A stretch of 64,000 bases of DNA. Origin: Candidatus Acidiferrales bacterium (lineage in GTDB: Bacteria > Acidobacteriota > Terriglobia > Acidiferrales > UBA7541). A program made the position numbers and the translations under genes. Below are positions 1 to 9,858 of the stretch, one piece after another (the first letter of the stretch is position 1; every line of letters starts with the position of its first letter). The notes under the pieces are model-generated. The model was not told the DNA's origin, ran no database searches, and saw only the letters and a program-made list of their open reading frames with translations. The stretch is from contig DATNDJ010000032.1 of NCBI GenBank assembly GCA_035553255.1, positions 1,353 through 65,352 on the forward strand, read 5' to 3'.

Positions 1-1
1 C

Positions 2-220
2 AAGGCCGCGCCGAAGGCGGATCATATTGTGTACGCGATGGCGGCGCTAGATTGCCTGATCGGCGAAGCGGATTCCGCCATGGAAAACCTGAAGACCGCG
101 ATTCGCCTGCGGCCGGAAAACCGCTATCACGCGCGCAACGACGAGGATTTTTCATCCTTGCAGGAAGACCCGCGCTTTACCGAGTTGCTCTATCCGGAGC
201 GCGACGGCTCGGGCGGCTGA
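2..220 (+). CDS. C-terminal fragment of a TPR-like repeat protein (5' end outside window)
   Basis: Frame 2 is open from the window edge to the TGA at 218-220. The helical tail (AMENLKTAIRLRPENRYHARNDEDFSSLQEDPRF) resembles TPR-type repeats. The family call is weak. Confidence 0.35.
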   Translation, partial: KAAPKADHIVYAMAALDCLIGEADSAMENLKTAIRLRPENRYHARNDEDFSSLQEDPRFTELLYPERDGSGG

Positions 221-233
221 TTCCGTTTCTTTC

Positions 234-1265
234 GTGAACAATTTATCCAAGTCAACCAAGCATCGCTCGCGGCCCGTCCGCGTGGTTGCGCTGGGCGGCG
301 GCACAGGGCTATCCACGGTGCTGCGCGGCCTGAAAGAGCACGTGGCCGGGCGGAAGAAAGAGCGCGTGGCGCGGCCGATTTCGGACCTGGTGGCCGTGGT
401 GACCGTGACGGACGACGGGGGCAGCTCGGGACGGCTGCGGCGGGATTACAGCGTGCTGCCGCCGGGGGATATTCGCAACTGCATGGTGGCGCTCTCGAAG
501 GACGAGCCGCTGCTGAGCCAGCTCTTTCAATATCGTTTCCCGACGGGACGGGGACTGGCGGGGCACAGCTTCGGGAATTTGTTTGTGACCGCGCTGACGT
601 CCGTGACCGGGGACTTTCCGGAGGCGGTGCGCGTCTCGTCGCAAGTGCTGGCGATTCGGGGGCGAATTTTTCCGGCGACGGCGCAGAACGTGACGCTCGA
701 GGCGGAACTCGAAGACGGCACGACGGTGGCGGGGGAAACGAATATTTCGCGGTCGCGGCGGCCGATTCGGCGAGTGTGGCTGGTGCCGCGGCGGGTGCGC
801 CCCGTGCCGGAGGTTCTGGAGGCGATTCGGGAGGCCGATCTGGTGCTGATCGGACCGGGATCGCTCTACACGAGCATTATTCCGAACCTGCTGGTGGAGC
901 AGATGGTGGACGTGATCGTTCACTCGAGGGCGACGTGCGTGTATATCGCGAACCTGATGACGCAGCCGGGGGAAACGCAGCATTACTCGGTGGCGGATCA
1001 CGTGAGGGCGATTTACGCACACACGTGCGAGCGGCTATTCGATTGCGCGGTGATCAACCGAAGCCGCGTGGCGCCGCGGCTGCTGAGGCGCTACTGCGCG
1101 CGAGGGGCGGAGCCGGTGGCGCCGTCGTTCGAGGAGCTGGATGCGATGGGATTGCGGTACGTGGTCGGCGACCTGCTGCGGCAGGATGGGGTGGTGCGGC
1201 ACGATCAGGCGCGGCTTACGCGGCTGCTGCTGGATAGGTTTGTGAGGAGTGGCGGGGTGAGGTGA
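234..1265 (+). CDS. yvcK: YvcK/CofD-like (UPF0052) gluconeogenesis-factor family protein
   Basis: 343-aa ORF with motifs VVALGGGTGLSTVLRGLK, VVTVTDDGGSSGRLRRD and GPGSLYTSIIPNLLV, typical of this family. Confidence 0.85.
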   Translation: MNNLSKSTKHRSRPVRVVALGGGTGLSTVLRGLKEHVAGRKKERVARPISDLVAVVTVTDDGGSSGRLRRDYSVLPPGDIRNCMVALSKDEPLLSQLFQYRFPTGRGLAGHSFGNLFVTALTSVTGDFPEAVRVSSQVLAIRGRIFPATAQNVTLEAELEDGTTVAGETNISRSRRPIRRVWLVPRRVRPVPEVLEAIREADLVLIGPGSLYTSIIPNLLVEQMVDVIVHSRATCVYIANLMTQPGETQHYSVADHVRAIYAHTCERLFDCAVINRSRVAPRLLRRYCARGAEPVAPSFEELDAMGLRYVVGDLLRQDGVVRHDQARLTRLLLDRFVRSGGVR

Positions 1266-1395
1266 GGTGGGCGGCGGGTGCGGCGCGGCAGGCCTGCCCG
1301 CAATTTCGAGTAGGCAGAAGGGGCTGAGTTCGATATAATTGCCGCCTGTTTGCAGTGTGCTGGCCCCACCTGAGCGGGTCTGCCGGGAAAAAGCC

Positions 1396-1782
1396 ATGAA
1401 ACCGATTGTCGCCAAAGCGCAGGAGTCCCAGCTACGCAAGGACCGTCCGAATTTTCGGCCCGGGGATACGATTCGCGTGCACGTGCGCCTGAAGGAAGGC
1501 GAGGGCGACAAGGAACGCATTCAGTCGTTCGAGGGCGTGGTGATGAGCCGGCGCGGCGAGCTGCTGGGCGAGTCGTTCACGGTGCGGCGCGTGAGCTTCG
1601 GGATTGGCGTGGAGCGGATTTTTCCGCTGCATTCGCCGATGATCAGCCAGATTGACGTGGTGCGACAGGGCCGTGTGCGGCGGGCCAAGCTGAATTATCT
1701 GCGCGCGCGCAAGGGCAAAGCTGCGCGAATCAAGAGCGGCGAAAAAGCGCAGGCAGCGGTGGCGACGCGCGCCGCCGAGTAA
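1396..1782 (+). CDS. rplS: 50S ribosomal protein L19
   Basis: From the internal ATG at 1396: [54 protein letters not shown]...[12 protein letters not shown], the classic L19 pattern. The 19 codons upstream in the ORF-track call look non-coding. Confidence 0.95.
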   Translation: MKPIVAKAQESQLRKDRPNFRPGDTIRVHVRLKEGEGDKERIQSFEGVVMSRRGELLGESFTVRRVSFGIGVERIFPLHSPMISQIDVVRQGRVRRAKLNYLRARKGKAARIKSGEKAQAAVATRAAE

Positions 1783-2094
1783 CCTGCGCGCCGCGGGCGC
1801 GACGGCGTGGCCGGATTCCTCGTCAACATCTCTACATTCCTCTGGTCGCGTTTCGCGAAAGACCCCACGCTCGTAAAGCGAGCATGGGGCACCCCGAAAA
1901 TCAAAACCCCGGGCGGTGTTTGCTCTTTGCAGACATGCGGGGCGCGATGGATTGCCCGGCTGGCGGGCCGCTGCTAGTCTGAAGTCCCCCTTCCTAGTTA
2001 CTTGCGGCTGGGCGCGATTGCGTGCCGGCCGATACAGCGGAATTTCGTTCCGTGGCGCCATGCCTCCTCTCGCCTGGGCCCGCCGAGGAGGCAC

Positions 2095-4425
2095 ATGATT
2101 TCCGAACCTCAAGAAACGCCAAGCGGATGGAGAAACCGGCGGACGCTGGTTTCGAAGCAGAGCCGCGTTCGCGCGGGGATCATGGCGCGGCTGGCAATAA
2201 TCGTCCTGGGAGGGCTGGCGGGATATCACCTGCTGGGGATTTTTGTCTTCTCGCACCTGAGCGCCTCGCAGGTGCACGCGACGACGCTGGTGCTGCTGGG
2301 GCTCGCGCTGGCGTTGCCGGGATACTTCCTGATGGATCGGTACGCGAAGCTGGCGCGGCTGCAGGCTTCGGCGGAAGAGTCGCTTTCCGAAGAGCGGCGG
2401 CTGCTGCGGCTGCTGATTGACAGCGTGCCGGATTACATCTACGTGAAAGATGCGCGGAGCCGGTTCGTGCTGGCGAATCGAGGCCTGGCGGAATTGCTGG
2501 GGCGCGGATCGCCGGACGAACTGCTCGGGAAGAGCGATTTCGATTTCTTTCCGAAGGAACTCGCGGAGAGCTATTACAAAGACGAGCAGGGCATCATGCG
2601 CGACGGGCATCCGATCTTCAACCAGGAAGAGGCTTCGCAGGACGCGGAGGGGCACGACAAGTGGACTTCGACTTCGAAGGTGCCGCTGCGCGACAAGCAC
2701 GGGAGCGTGGCGGGCATCATGGGAATCGGGAGAGACATCACGGGGCGGAAGCGCGCGGATCGCGATATGGAGAAAGCGCGGGAAGCGGCGGAAACGGCGA
2801 GCCGCACGAAGAGCGAGTTCCTGGCGAACATGAGCCACGAAATCCGCACGCCGCTGAACGGGATTATCGGGATGACGGACCTGGCGCTCGACACGCAGCT
2901 TACGCGCGAGCAGCGGGAATTCATGGAGACGGTGAAGACGTCCGCGGACGCGCTGCTGATCGTGATCAACGACATTCTGGATTTTTCGAAGATCGAAGCG
3001 GGCAAGCTGGAAGTGGAGTTCGCGGATTTCAATCTTCGGGATTCGCTGGAAAGCACGATGAAGACGCTGGCGCTGCGGGCGGACGAAAAGGGGCTGGAGC
3101 TGCTGTGCGACGTGGCGGCGGAGGCGCCGGAGATCGTGCGCGGGGATTCGAGCCGGCTGCGGCAGGTGACGATCAACCTGGTGGGGAACGCGATTAAGTT
3201 CACGCAGGAAGGCGAGGTGAGCCTGAAGGTGGAAGTGGAGCAGGTGGATCGCGCGGGCGCGAAGCCGGAATGCGTGCTGCATCTGACCGTTGCGGACACG
3301 GGCATCGGAATACCGGAGGAGAAGCAGAAGCTGATCTTCGATCCCTTCGCGCAGGCGGACGCTTCGACGACGCGCAAATACGGCGGGACGGGGCTGGGGC
3401 TAACGATCTCCGCGCGGCTGGTGGCGTTGATGGGCGGACGGATTTGGGTGGAGAGCAATCCGGGGACGGGCGCGAAATTCCATTTTACGGTGCGCGTGGG
3501 AGTGGCGGAGGCGAAAGAAGTGGCGATTGGGTCGGTCGCGCCGCCGGAACTGCTGCGTGGCGTGAGCGTGCTGGTGGTGGACGATAACCGCACGAACCGG
3601 CGCATCCTGGAAGGACTGCTGAAGCGATGGGAGATGAAGCCGGTGTGCGTCGAAAGCGGGCCCGAGGCTCTGAACGCGCTGGAACGCGCGCGAGTGGCCG
3701 GGGCGCCATACAGCCTGATCATAACGGACCTGCTGATGCCGGATATGGACGGATTCGGGCTGATCGAACGAATCCGGCAGAGAACGGAGCTTTCGGCGGC
3801 GTGGATCATGATGCTGACTTCCGCCGGGCACCGAGGCGACGCGGAAAAATGCAACGCGCTGGGGATTTCGGCGTACCTGATGAAGCCAATCCGGCAATCA
3901 GAATTGCGCGAGGCTATCGCGCGCGTGCTGGGGGCGCGGCCGCAGCAGGGGACGATCCCGCTGATTACGCGCTATTCGCTGGCCGGGGAGCGCGCGCCGG
4001 GGATTTCGTTGCGCGTGCTAGTGGCGGAAGATAATCCGGTGAACCAACGACTGGCGACGCGGCTGCTGGAAAAGCGAGGGCACCGCGTGGCGGTGGTGGC
4101 GAATGGACGCGAGGCGCTGGAGGCGTTGGAAAAGGAGGCGTTTGACCTGGTGCTGATGGACGTGCAGATGCCGGAGATGGATGGATTCGAGGCGACCGCG
4201 GCGATCCGGCAGAAAGAGAAAGGGACGGAGGCGCGGCAGGCGATTATCGCGCTGACGGCGCATGCGATGAAGGGCGACCGCGACCGTTGCATCGCGGCGG
4301 GAATGGATGGATATCTGGCTAAGCCGATTCGTCCGCAGGAATTGGATGAATTGCTGGATGCGCGGGCGGCGCGCGGGACGGGGACGGCGCAAAGCGCGGA
4401 GCCGATCTCGAAGGTTGCGGATTGA
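2095..4425 (+). CDS. Hybrid sensor histidine kinase (TM-PAS-HisKA-HATPase-REC-REC)
   Basis: ATG 2095 is preceded by GAGGAGG. Hydrophobic N-terminus, PAS-like segment (VPDYIYVKDARSRFVLANRG), H-box SHEIRTPLNGIIGMTDL, ATPase boxes (NLVGNAIKFT, DTGIGIP, GGTGLGLTIS). Two receiver domains follow (VLVVDDNRTNRR..., VLVAEDNPVNQR...LMDVQMPEMDG). Confidence 0.9.
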   Translation: MISEPQETPSGWRNRRTLVSKQSRVRAGIMARLAIIVLGGLAGYHLLGIFVFSHLSASQVHATTLVLLGLALALPGYFLMDRYAKLARLQASAEESLSEERRLLRLLIDSVPDYIYVKDARSRFVLANRGLAELLGRGSPDELLGKSDFDFFPKELAESYYKDEQGIMRDGHPIFNQEEASQDAEGHDKWTSTSKVPLRDKHGSVAGIMGIGRDITGRKRADRDMEKAREAAETASRTKSEFLANMSHEIRTPLNGIIGMTDLALDTQLTREQREFMETVKTSADALLIVINDILDFSKIEAGKLEVEFADFNLRDSLESTMKTLALRADEKGLELLCDVAAEAPEIVRGDSSRLRQVTINLVGNAIKFTQEGEVSLKVEVEQVDRAGAKPECVLHLTVADTGIGIPEEKQKLIFDPFAQADASTTRKYGGTGLGLTISARLVALMGGRIWVESNPGTGAKFHFTVRVGVAEAKEVAIGSVAPPELLRGVSVLVVDDNRTNRRILEGLLKRWEMKPVCVESGPEALNALERARVAGAPYSLIITDLLMPDMDGFGLIERIRQRTELSAAWIMMLTSAGHRGDAEKCNALGISAYLMKPIRQSELREAIARVLGARPQQGTIPLITRYSLAGERAPGISLRVLVAEDNPVNQRLATRLLEKRGHRVAVVANGREALEALEKEAFDLVLMDVQMPEMDGFEATAAIRQKEKGTEARQAIIALTAHAMKGDRDRCIAAGMDGYLAKPIRPQELDELLDARAARGTGTAQSAEPISKVAD

Positions 4426-4525
4426 CGGCTCGGACGGCGATTCGCGGCGGGTTTTATCGCGCTCGGCCGGGCGGGCGACGGGGTTGACAGGCCGCAAAAT
4501 CGGCCTACGATACGAGAAGAAGATC

Positions 4526-4930
4526 ATGGCAAGCCCTGTACAAGCCGCAGTGGAGCTTCCCGAAAACAGCTTTTTTCGGATCGGCGAGGTGAGCCGGCTG
4601 ACGGCCACCAAGCCATTCGTGCTGCGTTATTGGGAGACGGAATTCCCGGCTCTGCAACCGGTGAAAAGCCCGAGCGGGCACCGGCTGTATCGGCGCGAGG
4701 ATATCGAAACGGTGTTTGAGATCAAGCGGCTGCTATACGACGAAGGGTTCACGATCGCCGGGGCGCGCAAATACCTTTCGGACATGGCCGCAGGGAAAGG
4801 CGGCAAGGACGCCATGGCCGAGCCGGCTGCCTCGCATCCATACGAGCCGGCTTCGCGCGCGCATCGCAAGTTTCTGCTCGATTTACATGAAGAGCTTCTC
4901 GCCGTCTTGACCCTGCTGAAACGCGAGTGA
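4526..4930 (+). CDS. MerR-family transcriptional regulator
   Basis: From the internal ATG at 4526: N-terminal HTH FRIGEVSRLTATKPFVLRYWETEF...SGHRLYRREDIETVFEIKRLLYDEG, typical of MerR. The upstream Arg-rich part of the ORF-track call looks spurious. Confidence 0.75.
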   Translation: MASPVQAAVELPENSFFRIGEVSRLTATKPFVLRYWETEFPALQPVKSPSGHRLYRREDIETVFEIKRLLYDEGFTIAGARKYLSDMAAGKGGKDAMAEPAASHPYEPASRAHRKFLLDLHEELLAVLTLLKRE

Positions 4931-4956
4931 TACGCTCGTTCACGGTTGTAGACCGT

Positions 4957-5033
4957 CGGGACGTGGCGCAGCCTGGTAGCGCGCACGCTTGGGGTGCGTG
5001 AGGTCGCTGGTTCAAATCCAGTCGTCCCGACCA
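4957..5033 (+). tRNA. tRNA-Pro (anticodon GGG), CCA encoded
   Basis: Cloverleaf read by eye. Acceptor CGGGACG/CGTCCCG, D stem GCGC/GCGC, anticodon stem CACGC/GCGTG with loop TTGGGGT (anticodon GGG). T arm GCTGG-TTCAAAT-CCAGT, discriminator A, then CCA. Confidence 0.9.
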
Positions 5034-5085
5034 TCTTTTTCATCCACGCGATTTTTCGAGAGGCGGTTCCCTTCCGCGGATTGGC

Positions 5086-5844
5086 ATGGCTCATATCCTG
5101 ATTACGAATGACGATGGAATCCATGCGCCGGGGCTGCGGGCGCTTGCTGAAGCATTGCGCGGCGCGGGCGAGGTGACCGTGGTGGCGCCGCTGACCGAGC
5201 GCAGCGCCGCGGCGCAATCGGTGACGCTGCGGCAGCCAATTTACTGGGACGAAATCGCGGAGCGCGAATACGCCGTGGACGGCACGCCGGCGGACGCGAT
5301 GATTCTGGCGTTTCATGCGCTGCTGAAAGAGCCGCCGGCGCTGGTGATTTCCGGCATCAACCGCGGCGGGAACGCGGGAGAGAACGTCTACTATTCGGGA
5401 ACGGTGGGCGCAGCGATGGAGGCGGCGATTCATCACGTGCCGGCGGTTGCTATTTCGGTGGCGTACCGCGGGCGCGAATTCGATTTTGGGCCGGCGGCGC
5501 GATTCGCGCGCGACCTGGCGCCGCTGGTGCTTCGCGAAGGCTTGCCGGACGGCGTGCTGCTGAACGTGAACGTGCCGCAGGATTGGAACGGAGCGGTGCG
5601 CTTCACGCGGCAATCGCGCAAGATCACGCGGAATCAACTGCAGGCCGGCGCCGATCCGCGCGGGCGGCGCTATTTCTGGCTGCACGAAGAAAAGCTGACG
5701 GATGAAATCGAGGCGGACACCGATCACGCGGCCATTCGCGACGCCGCGATTTCGATCACGCCTCTGAAGCTCGATCACACGCACGCCGAATCGCTGAATC
5801 ACCTCTCGCACTGGGCGAAACTGCTCGCGACGCAGCGCACCTAG
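5086..5844 (+). CDS. surE: 5'/3'-nucleotidase SurE
   Basis: N-terminus MAHILITNDDGIHAPGLRALAEAL and motif YSGTVGAAMEA are diagnostic of SurE. Confidence 0.9.
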   Translation: MAHILITNDDGIHAPGLRALAEALRGAGEVTVVAPLTERSAAAQSVTLRQPIYWDEIAEREYAVDGTPADAMILAFHALLKEPPALVISGINRGGNAGENVYYSGTVGAAMEAAIHHVPAVAISVAYRGREFDFGPAARFARDLAPLVLREGLPDGVLLNVNVPQDWNGAVRFTRQSRKITRNQLQAGADPRGRRYFWLHEEKLTDEIEADTDHAAIRDAAISITPLKLDHTHAESLNHLSHWAKLLATQRT

Positions 5845-6030
5845 CGCTTTTTTCACCGCCTCGAATCGTCCTTACCCGCCGTATTACGCCTTTTTCCACG
5901 CGAATTGAAGAAACGAATCCACGCGATTGAGACATTCGATTGGACGTTCGGGCGCGTTCGTCTTAGGGTATCGCGCACCGGGATATATCCAGGGCGCAAG
6001 CGAACGACAAATTTCGAATGGAGTGACTTG

Positions 6031-7572
6031 ATGATTCGACTCTGTAGAACAGACGGAGCCGCACTTCGTGTAGTCGCCGCATTCTTCTTATGCATTCTCG
6101 CTTTCTGCGCCGCGCCCGGGCTTCGCGCGGACGACGGCGCAACGCCCCCCCAACGCTCCCAGGCACGAAATCAAAGCGACATCAACACACTGAAAGCGCA
6201 AATCCAGCAGGCGCTTGATGAAATTCAGGCGCTGCAAAAGAAGCTGGGTGATGCGAACACGGGTACGCCGGCAACGGCGACCGATCAAATCCGGCAGCAG
6301 CTTGCGGACGAGAGTGCGCGCGTGCGGGACATCGAGCAGCGCCTGGACGCGCTGGAACATCCCTCGCCTTCGGCGGAGGATTTCGCGCCAGTGGGCCTGA
6401 TCGCGGGCCGCGGGGCGGAGACGATGCCTGGCGTGACGACGGGGCTCGCGCCCGCGGATATCTACAACAGCGGATTTTTCGTTTCGACCGAGGACAAAAG
6501 CTACTCGATGTACGTCAACGGGCTTTTCCAAATCCGCTATACGGGATTTAAGCCGCAGGCGAACGTTGGGGCACTGGGCGCGTCGACTGCCGGGACCAAC
6601 AACTTTGACGTGTTTCTGGGGCGCATGGCCCTCTCCGGGACGGCGTTCGATCCCACATGGAAATATTTTCTGCAATTCCAGGGAAGCACAGCGGGCGACG
6701 GAAACGGAATCAGCATGCTCGACTGGTTCACGTCAAAAACCTTTTCGCAGAAATTCACGGTGCAGGCCGGGCGCTTTTGGACGCCCTACTCGTACGAGTA
6801 TTACGACAATCCGGGGAACTATCTCTTCGCGGACCTTTCGACGGCGGAATACGCGTTCGTGCTGCCGCGGGCGATCGGCGTGGAGGCGTTCGGGCAGGCG
6901 GGGCGAATCGGGTACGCGGCGATGGTGGGTAATAGCGTTCGCGCGCTCGATGCCGGCGGGCAGGAAAACTTCAATAGCCGCGTGGCGGTGATCGGGAACG
7001 TCCATTTCGATATTCTGGCCCCTTATGGGTGGGTGGAGACGGACCCGAGTCCCGACGGGGCGCAGAAGCCGGAACTCTCACTATGGTTTTCGGCGGCCTA
7101 CAATCCAGTAGCCGCACCTTCGGCGTTCGAGAACGCGAATGCCGGCGATAAAACCGTAAACGCAACCAGCACGCTCGGGTTCCGCTACAAGCTCTTCACG
7201 CTGCAGACGACCGGCTACTTCCGCCAGACCACGCCGCAGGGCGGGCTGCCTTCGGATAATTCGTGGGGCTACGGCGAGCAGGCCGGGTACTACCTAGTGC
7301 CAGGGCGCTTCGAGATAGCCGAACGTATTTCGGGCATCAACTGGGGCGGGCTCCACGCCGCGCTGCTGCCCACCACCGAAGTTAACACGTACTTTGCCGG
7401 ACCTAACTTTCCCTATCACCGCACCGTGGAGCATTCGATCGGCGTGAACTATTACCTGCACGGCCACAACGCAAAAATTCAAGCCGCGTACACCTATCAG
7501 AACGGCAACACGTTTACGGCCGCGAAATTCGGGGCGAGCCGCGTGTGGCTGCAAACGCAATTGATGTTCTAA
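6031..7572 (+). CDS. Outer-membrane beta-barrel porin (phosphate-selective porin O/P-like) with N-terminal coiled coil
   Basis: ATG 6031 follows GGAG. Signal peptide (VVAAFFLCILAFCAAPGLRADD), heptad-like segment (INTLKAQIQQALDEIQALQKKL...), then alternating Gly/aromatic-rich strands. The C-terminus ends ...WLQTQLMF with a terminal Phe, as in OM barrels. The exact family is inferred. Confidence 0.55.
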   Translation: MIRLCRTDGAALRVVAAFFLCILAFCAAPGLRADDGATPPQRSQARNQSDINTLKAQIQQALDEIQALQKKLGDANTGTPATATDQIRQQLADESARVRDIEQRLDALEHPSPSAEDFAPVGLIAGRGAETMPGVTTGLAPADIYNSGFFVSTEDKSYSMYVNGLFQIRYTGFKPQANVGALGASTAGTNNFDVFLGRMALSGTAFDPTWKYFLQFQGSTAGDGNGISMLDWFTSKTFSQKFTVQAGRFWTPYSYEYYDNPGNYLFADLSTAEYAFVLPRAIGVEAFGQAGRIGYAAMVGNSVRALDAGGQENFNSRVAVIGNVHFDILAPYGWVETDPSPDGAQKPELSLWFSAAYNPVAAPSAFENANAGDKTVNATSTLGFRYKLFTLQTTGYFRQTTPQGGLPSDNSWGYGEQAGYYLVPGRFEIAERISGINWGGLHAALLPTTEVNTYFAGPNFPYHRTVEHSIGVNYYLHGHNAKIQAAYTYQNGNTFTAAKFGASRVWLQTQLMF

Positions 7573-7656
7573 GACGCAAGGACCGTTTCGGGGCGCTCGG
7601 CCTTGCAATGGTTCCGGCGGAATCGCCGCACAAGATCTTACGGAGGAAGGTATCCG

Positions 7657-8895
7657 ATGATGAAGCAAAGGATTCGCAGGGCTTTAGGCAAGGCTAGCTA
7701 TTGCGTGGCCGCGATACTGGGATTGGGGCTGCTTTTTCAACTTGCGCCGGGGATGGCGCAGAATGCCCCGGCGGTGAAAGTGGGCGTGCTGCACTCGCTG
7801 ACGGGCACGATGGCGATCAGCGAGGTGACGGTGAAGAATGCAACGCTGCTGGCGATTGACCAACTGAACGCTTCCGGGGGCGTGCTCGGGCGAAAGATTC
7901 AGCCGATCGTGGAAGACGGGGCGTCCGAGCCGGCAATTTTTCAGCAGAAGGCGCAAAAGCTGATCCAGCAGGACAAGGTGGTGACCGTGTTCGGCGGATG
8001 GACCTCGGCGAGCCGTAAGGCGATGGTTCCCGTGTTCCAGCAGTTTCATTCGCTACTGTGGTATCCGGTGCAATTCGAAGGCAACGAATGCTCGCCGAAC
8101 GTGATGTATTCGGGGGCGCAGCCGAACCAGCAGATTCTGCCGGCGCTGGATTGGGCGTTCGAGCGGGGCTACAAGAAGATTTTTCTGCTGGGCTCGGATT
8201 ATGTGTTTCCGCGCACGGCGAACCTGATCCTGAAGAAGCACATTGTTCAGCGAGGCGGCACGGTGGCGGGCGAGGAATACGTTCCTCTGGGCGGCACGGA
8301 TTTCAGCTCCGTGATCACGAAGATCAGGGCCGCGCATCCGGACGCGATCTTCAACACGCTGAACGGTGATAGCAATGTCTCTTTCTTCAAACAGGCGTCC
8401 GCGGCGGGCATGCCGCCGTCGAAACTGCCGGTGGTCTCCTTCAGCATCGCGGAGCAGGAGGCGCACGCGATGGGGACACAACTGGTGGCGGGCAGCTACG
8501 CCGCGTGGAATTATTTCGAGAGCCTGCCAAACGCGGCGAATAAGAAATTTATCGCGGCCTATCGCGCGGCCTATGGAAAGTCCGGCGGGAGCGTGGCGCT
8601 GGACGATCCGATGGTGCACGGCTACGTTGACGTGCTCACGTGGGCCGCCGCGGTGAAAAAGGCGAACAGCTTCGATCCAAACGCGGTGCGAAAGGCGGCG
8701 ACCGAGCTTGCCTGGGAGGATTCGCCGATGGGCAAGATCAAATTCGCGGCCAATCAAAGCCTTTACCAAACCGCTTACGTGGGGCAGCTCCAGCCGGATG
8801 GCGAATTCAAGATTCTGTGGCAATCGAAACAACCGCTGATGCCGGAGCCATACGACGCGCTGGCATTCCCGGGAAAGAGCTGCGTGCTGAAGTAA
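7657..8895 (+). CDS. urtA: Urea-type ABC transporter substrate-binding protein UrtA
   Basis: ATG 7657 follows GGAGGAAGG. Signal peptide, then VKVGVLHSLTGTMAISEVTVKNATLLAIDQLNASGGVLGRKI...VVTVFGGWTSASRKA, matching UrtA-type LivJ-fold binding proteins. It heads a urtBCDE gene order. Confidence 0.85.
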   Translation: MMKQRIRRALGKASYCVAAILGLGLLFQLAPGMAQNAPAVKVGVLHSLTGTMAISEVTVKNATLLAIDQLNASGGVLGRKIQPIVEDGASEPAIFQQKAQKLIQQDKVVTVFGGWTSASRKAMVPVFQQFHSLLWYPVQFEGNECSPNVMYSGAQPNQQILPALDWAFERGYKKIFLLGSDYVFPRTANLILKKHIVQRGGTVAGEEYVPLGGTDFSSVITKIRAAHPDAIFNTLNGDSNVSFFKQASAAGMPPSKLPVVSFSIAEQEAHAMGTQLVAGSYAAWNYFESLPNAANKKFIAAYRAAYGKSGGSVALDDPMVHGYVDVLTWAAAVKKANSFDPNAVRKAATELAWEDSPMGKIKFAANQSLYQTAYVGQLQPDGEFKILWQSKQPLMPEPYDALAFPGKSCVLK

Positions 8896-8946
8896 ACCTC
8901 GCGACGCGCTTGCATTTCGCCGGCCGCGCCCCGGCAGGGACACTTA

Positions 8947-9858
8947 ATGGGCGAATCCGCGGTTGTTGCAGGCCAGCTGTTCAATGGCATCAGCGTGGCG
9001 TCCATCCTGTTGCTCGCCGCGCTGGGCCTCGCCTTGAGCTTTGGCGTGATGAAGGTGATCAACATGGCCCACGGCGAGATGCTGATGGTGGGGGGCTATC
9101 TCTCCTACCTGACGTGCCAGGCCGTTCACGGGCCGCTCGCTTTTCTTGCGGCGATGGGAGTGGCGTTCGCGGGTGCGTGCCTGCTGGGGGCTTTGCTCGA
9201 AGTCACCGTGATTCGCTTTCTTTACGGGCGACCTCTGGACACATTGCTCGCTACATGGGGCGTGAGCCTGATCCTGCAGCAGGCGGCGCGGAGCATTTTC
9301 GGGGCGATTGGGGTGGAGGTGACCGCGCCGCAATGGCTGAACGGCTCGGTTGCAATTCATCGCGGATTTCTGGCCGGGGTGAACTTGCCATACGTGCGCA
9401 TCTTCATCATCGTGACGGCGGTTGTGGTGCTTGGGATGGTGGCGCTCTTCGTCGCGCGTACGAAGTGGGGGCTGCTGCTGCGGGCCGTACACCAAAACCG
9501 CGAAATGGCCGCGGCTTTGGGCGTCAACACACGATGGGTGGACCTGGCCGTCTTCGCGCTTGGCACAGGCGTGGCGGGGCTGGCCGGGGCGGCGCTGGCG
9601 CTGATCGCGCCGGTGACGCCGACGGTTGGGCAAAGCTATATCGTCTATGCGTTTTTGGTGGTGATCGTGGGCGGGCTGGGGAGCCTGACGGGCGCGGCGC
9701 TGGCGGCGCTGGTGGTGGGCGTCTTTTCGGCGGGGGCGCAGATTTTTATGAGCGTGAGCCTGGCGGACGTGCTGCTCCTGGTGATGGTCGTGGTGTTCAT
9801 CCAATTCCGGCCGCGAGGAATTATTGAGACGCGCAGCAGGCTTCTCGATGAATCGTAG
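8947..9858 (+). CDS. urtB: Urea-type ABC transporter permease UrtB
   Basis: Polytopic LivH-like permease (LFNGISVASILLLAALGLALSFGVMKVINMAHGE...) between urtA and urtC. Confidence 0.85.
   Translation: MGESAVVAGQLFNGISVASILLLAALGLALSFGVMKVINMAHGEMLMVGGYLSYLTCQAVHGPLAFLAAMGVAFAGACLLGALLEVTVIRFLYGRPLDTLLATWGVSLILQQAARSIFGAIGVEVTAPQWLNGSVAIHRGFLAGVNLPYVRIFIIVTAVVVLGMVALFVARTKWGLLLRAVHQNREMAAALGVNTRWVDLAVFALGTGVAGLAGAALALIAPVTPTVGQSYIVYAFLVVIVGGLGSLTGAALAALVVGVFSAGAQIFMSVSLADVLLLVMVVVFIQFRPRGIIETRSRLLDES

Noticed and set aside
1335-1345. TATAAT hexamer (gatTATAATt-like, 'cgatataatt') upstream of rplS, considered as a promoter -10
   Set aside because: No acceptable -35 hexamer lies 16-18 nt upstream. 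A single hexamer match is not sufficient.
1432-3282. 616-aa minus-strand ORF antisense to rplS and the histidine kinase. Similar long antisense ORFs occur at 4627-5856, 8053-8943, 8640-9827, 8944-10155, 24109-25029, 25575-27026, 29511-30446, 44529-45545, 45696-46592, 49678-51126, 53359-54966, 61175-62512 and 62555-63904.
   Set aside because: Their translations are Arg/Pro/Ala/His-rich and low in complexity, with no motifs. They lie opposite genes with strong homology signatures. Such shadow ORFs are expected in high-GC DNA, and one of them even runs across the tRNA-Pro gene.
5834-5853. Weak hairpin plus T-run after surE (AGCGC-accta-GCGCT-TTTTT). Similar small hairpins follow panE (14145-14162) and rnr (63868-63900).
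   Set aside because: The stems are only 5-7 bp, some with bulges, and the T-tracts are short or interrupted. They are plausible terminators but too weak to call from sequence alone.
7590-7615. Possible sigma54 (-24/-12) promoter upstream of urtA (GGGGCGCTCGGCCTTGCA)
   Set aside because: The GG-to-GC spacing is one nucleotide longer than the canonical TGGCAC-N5-TTGC, and the -24 element is poor. There is not enough support to call it.
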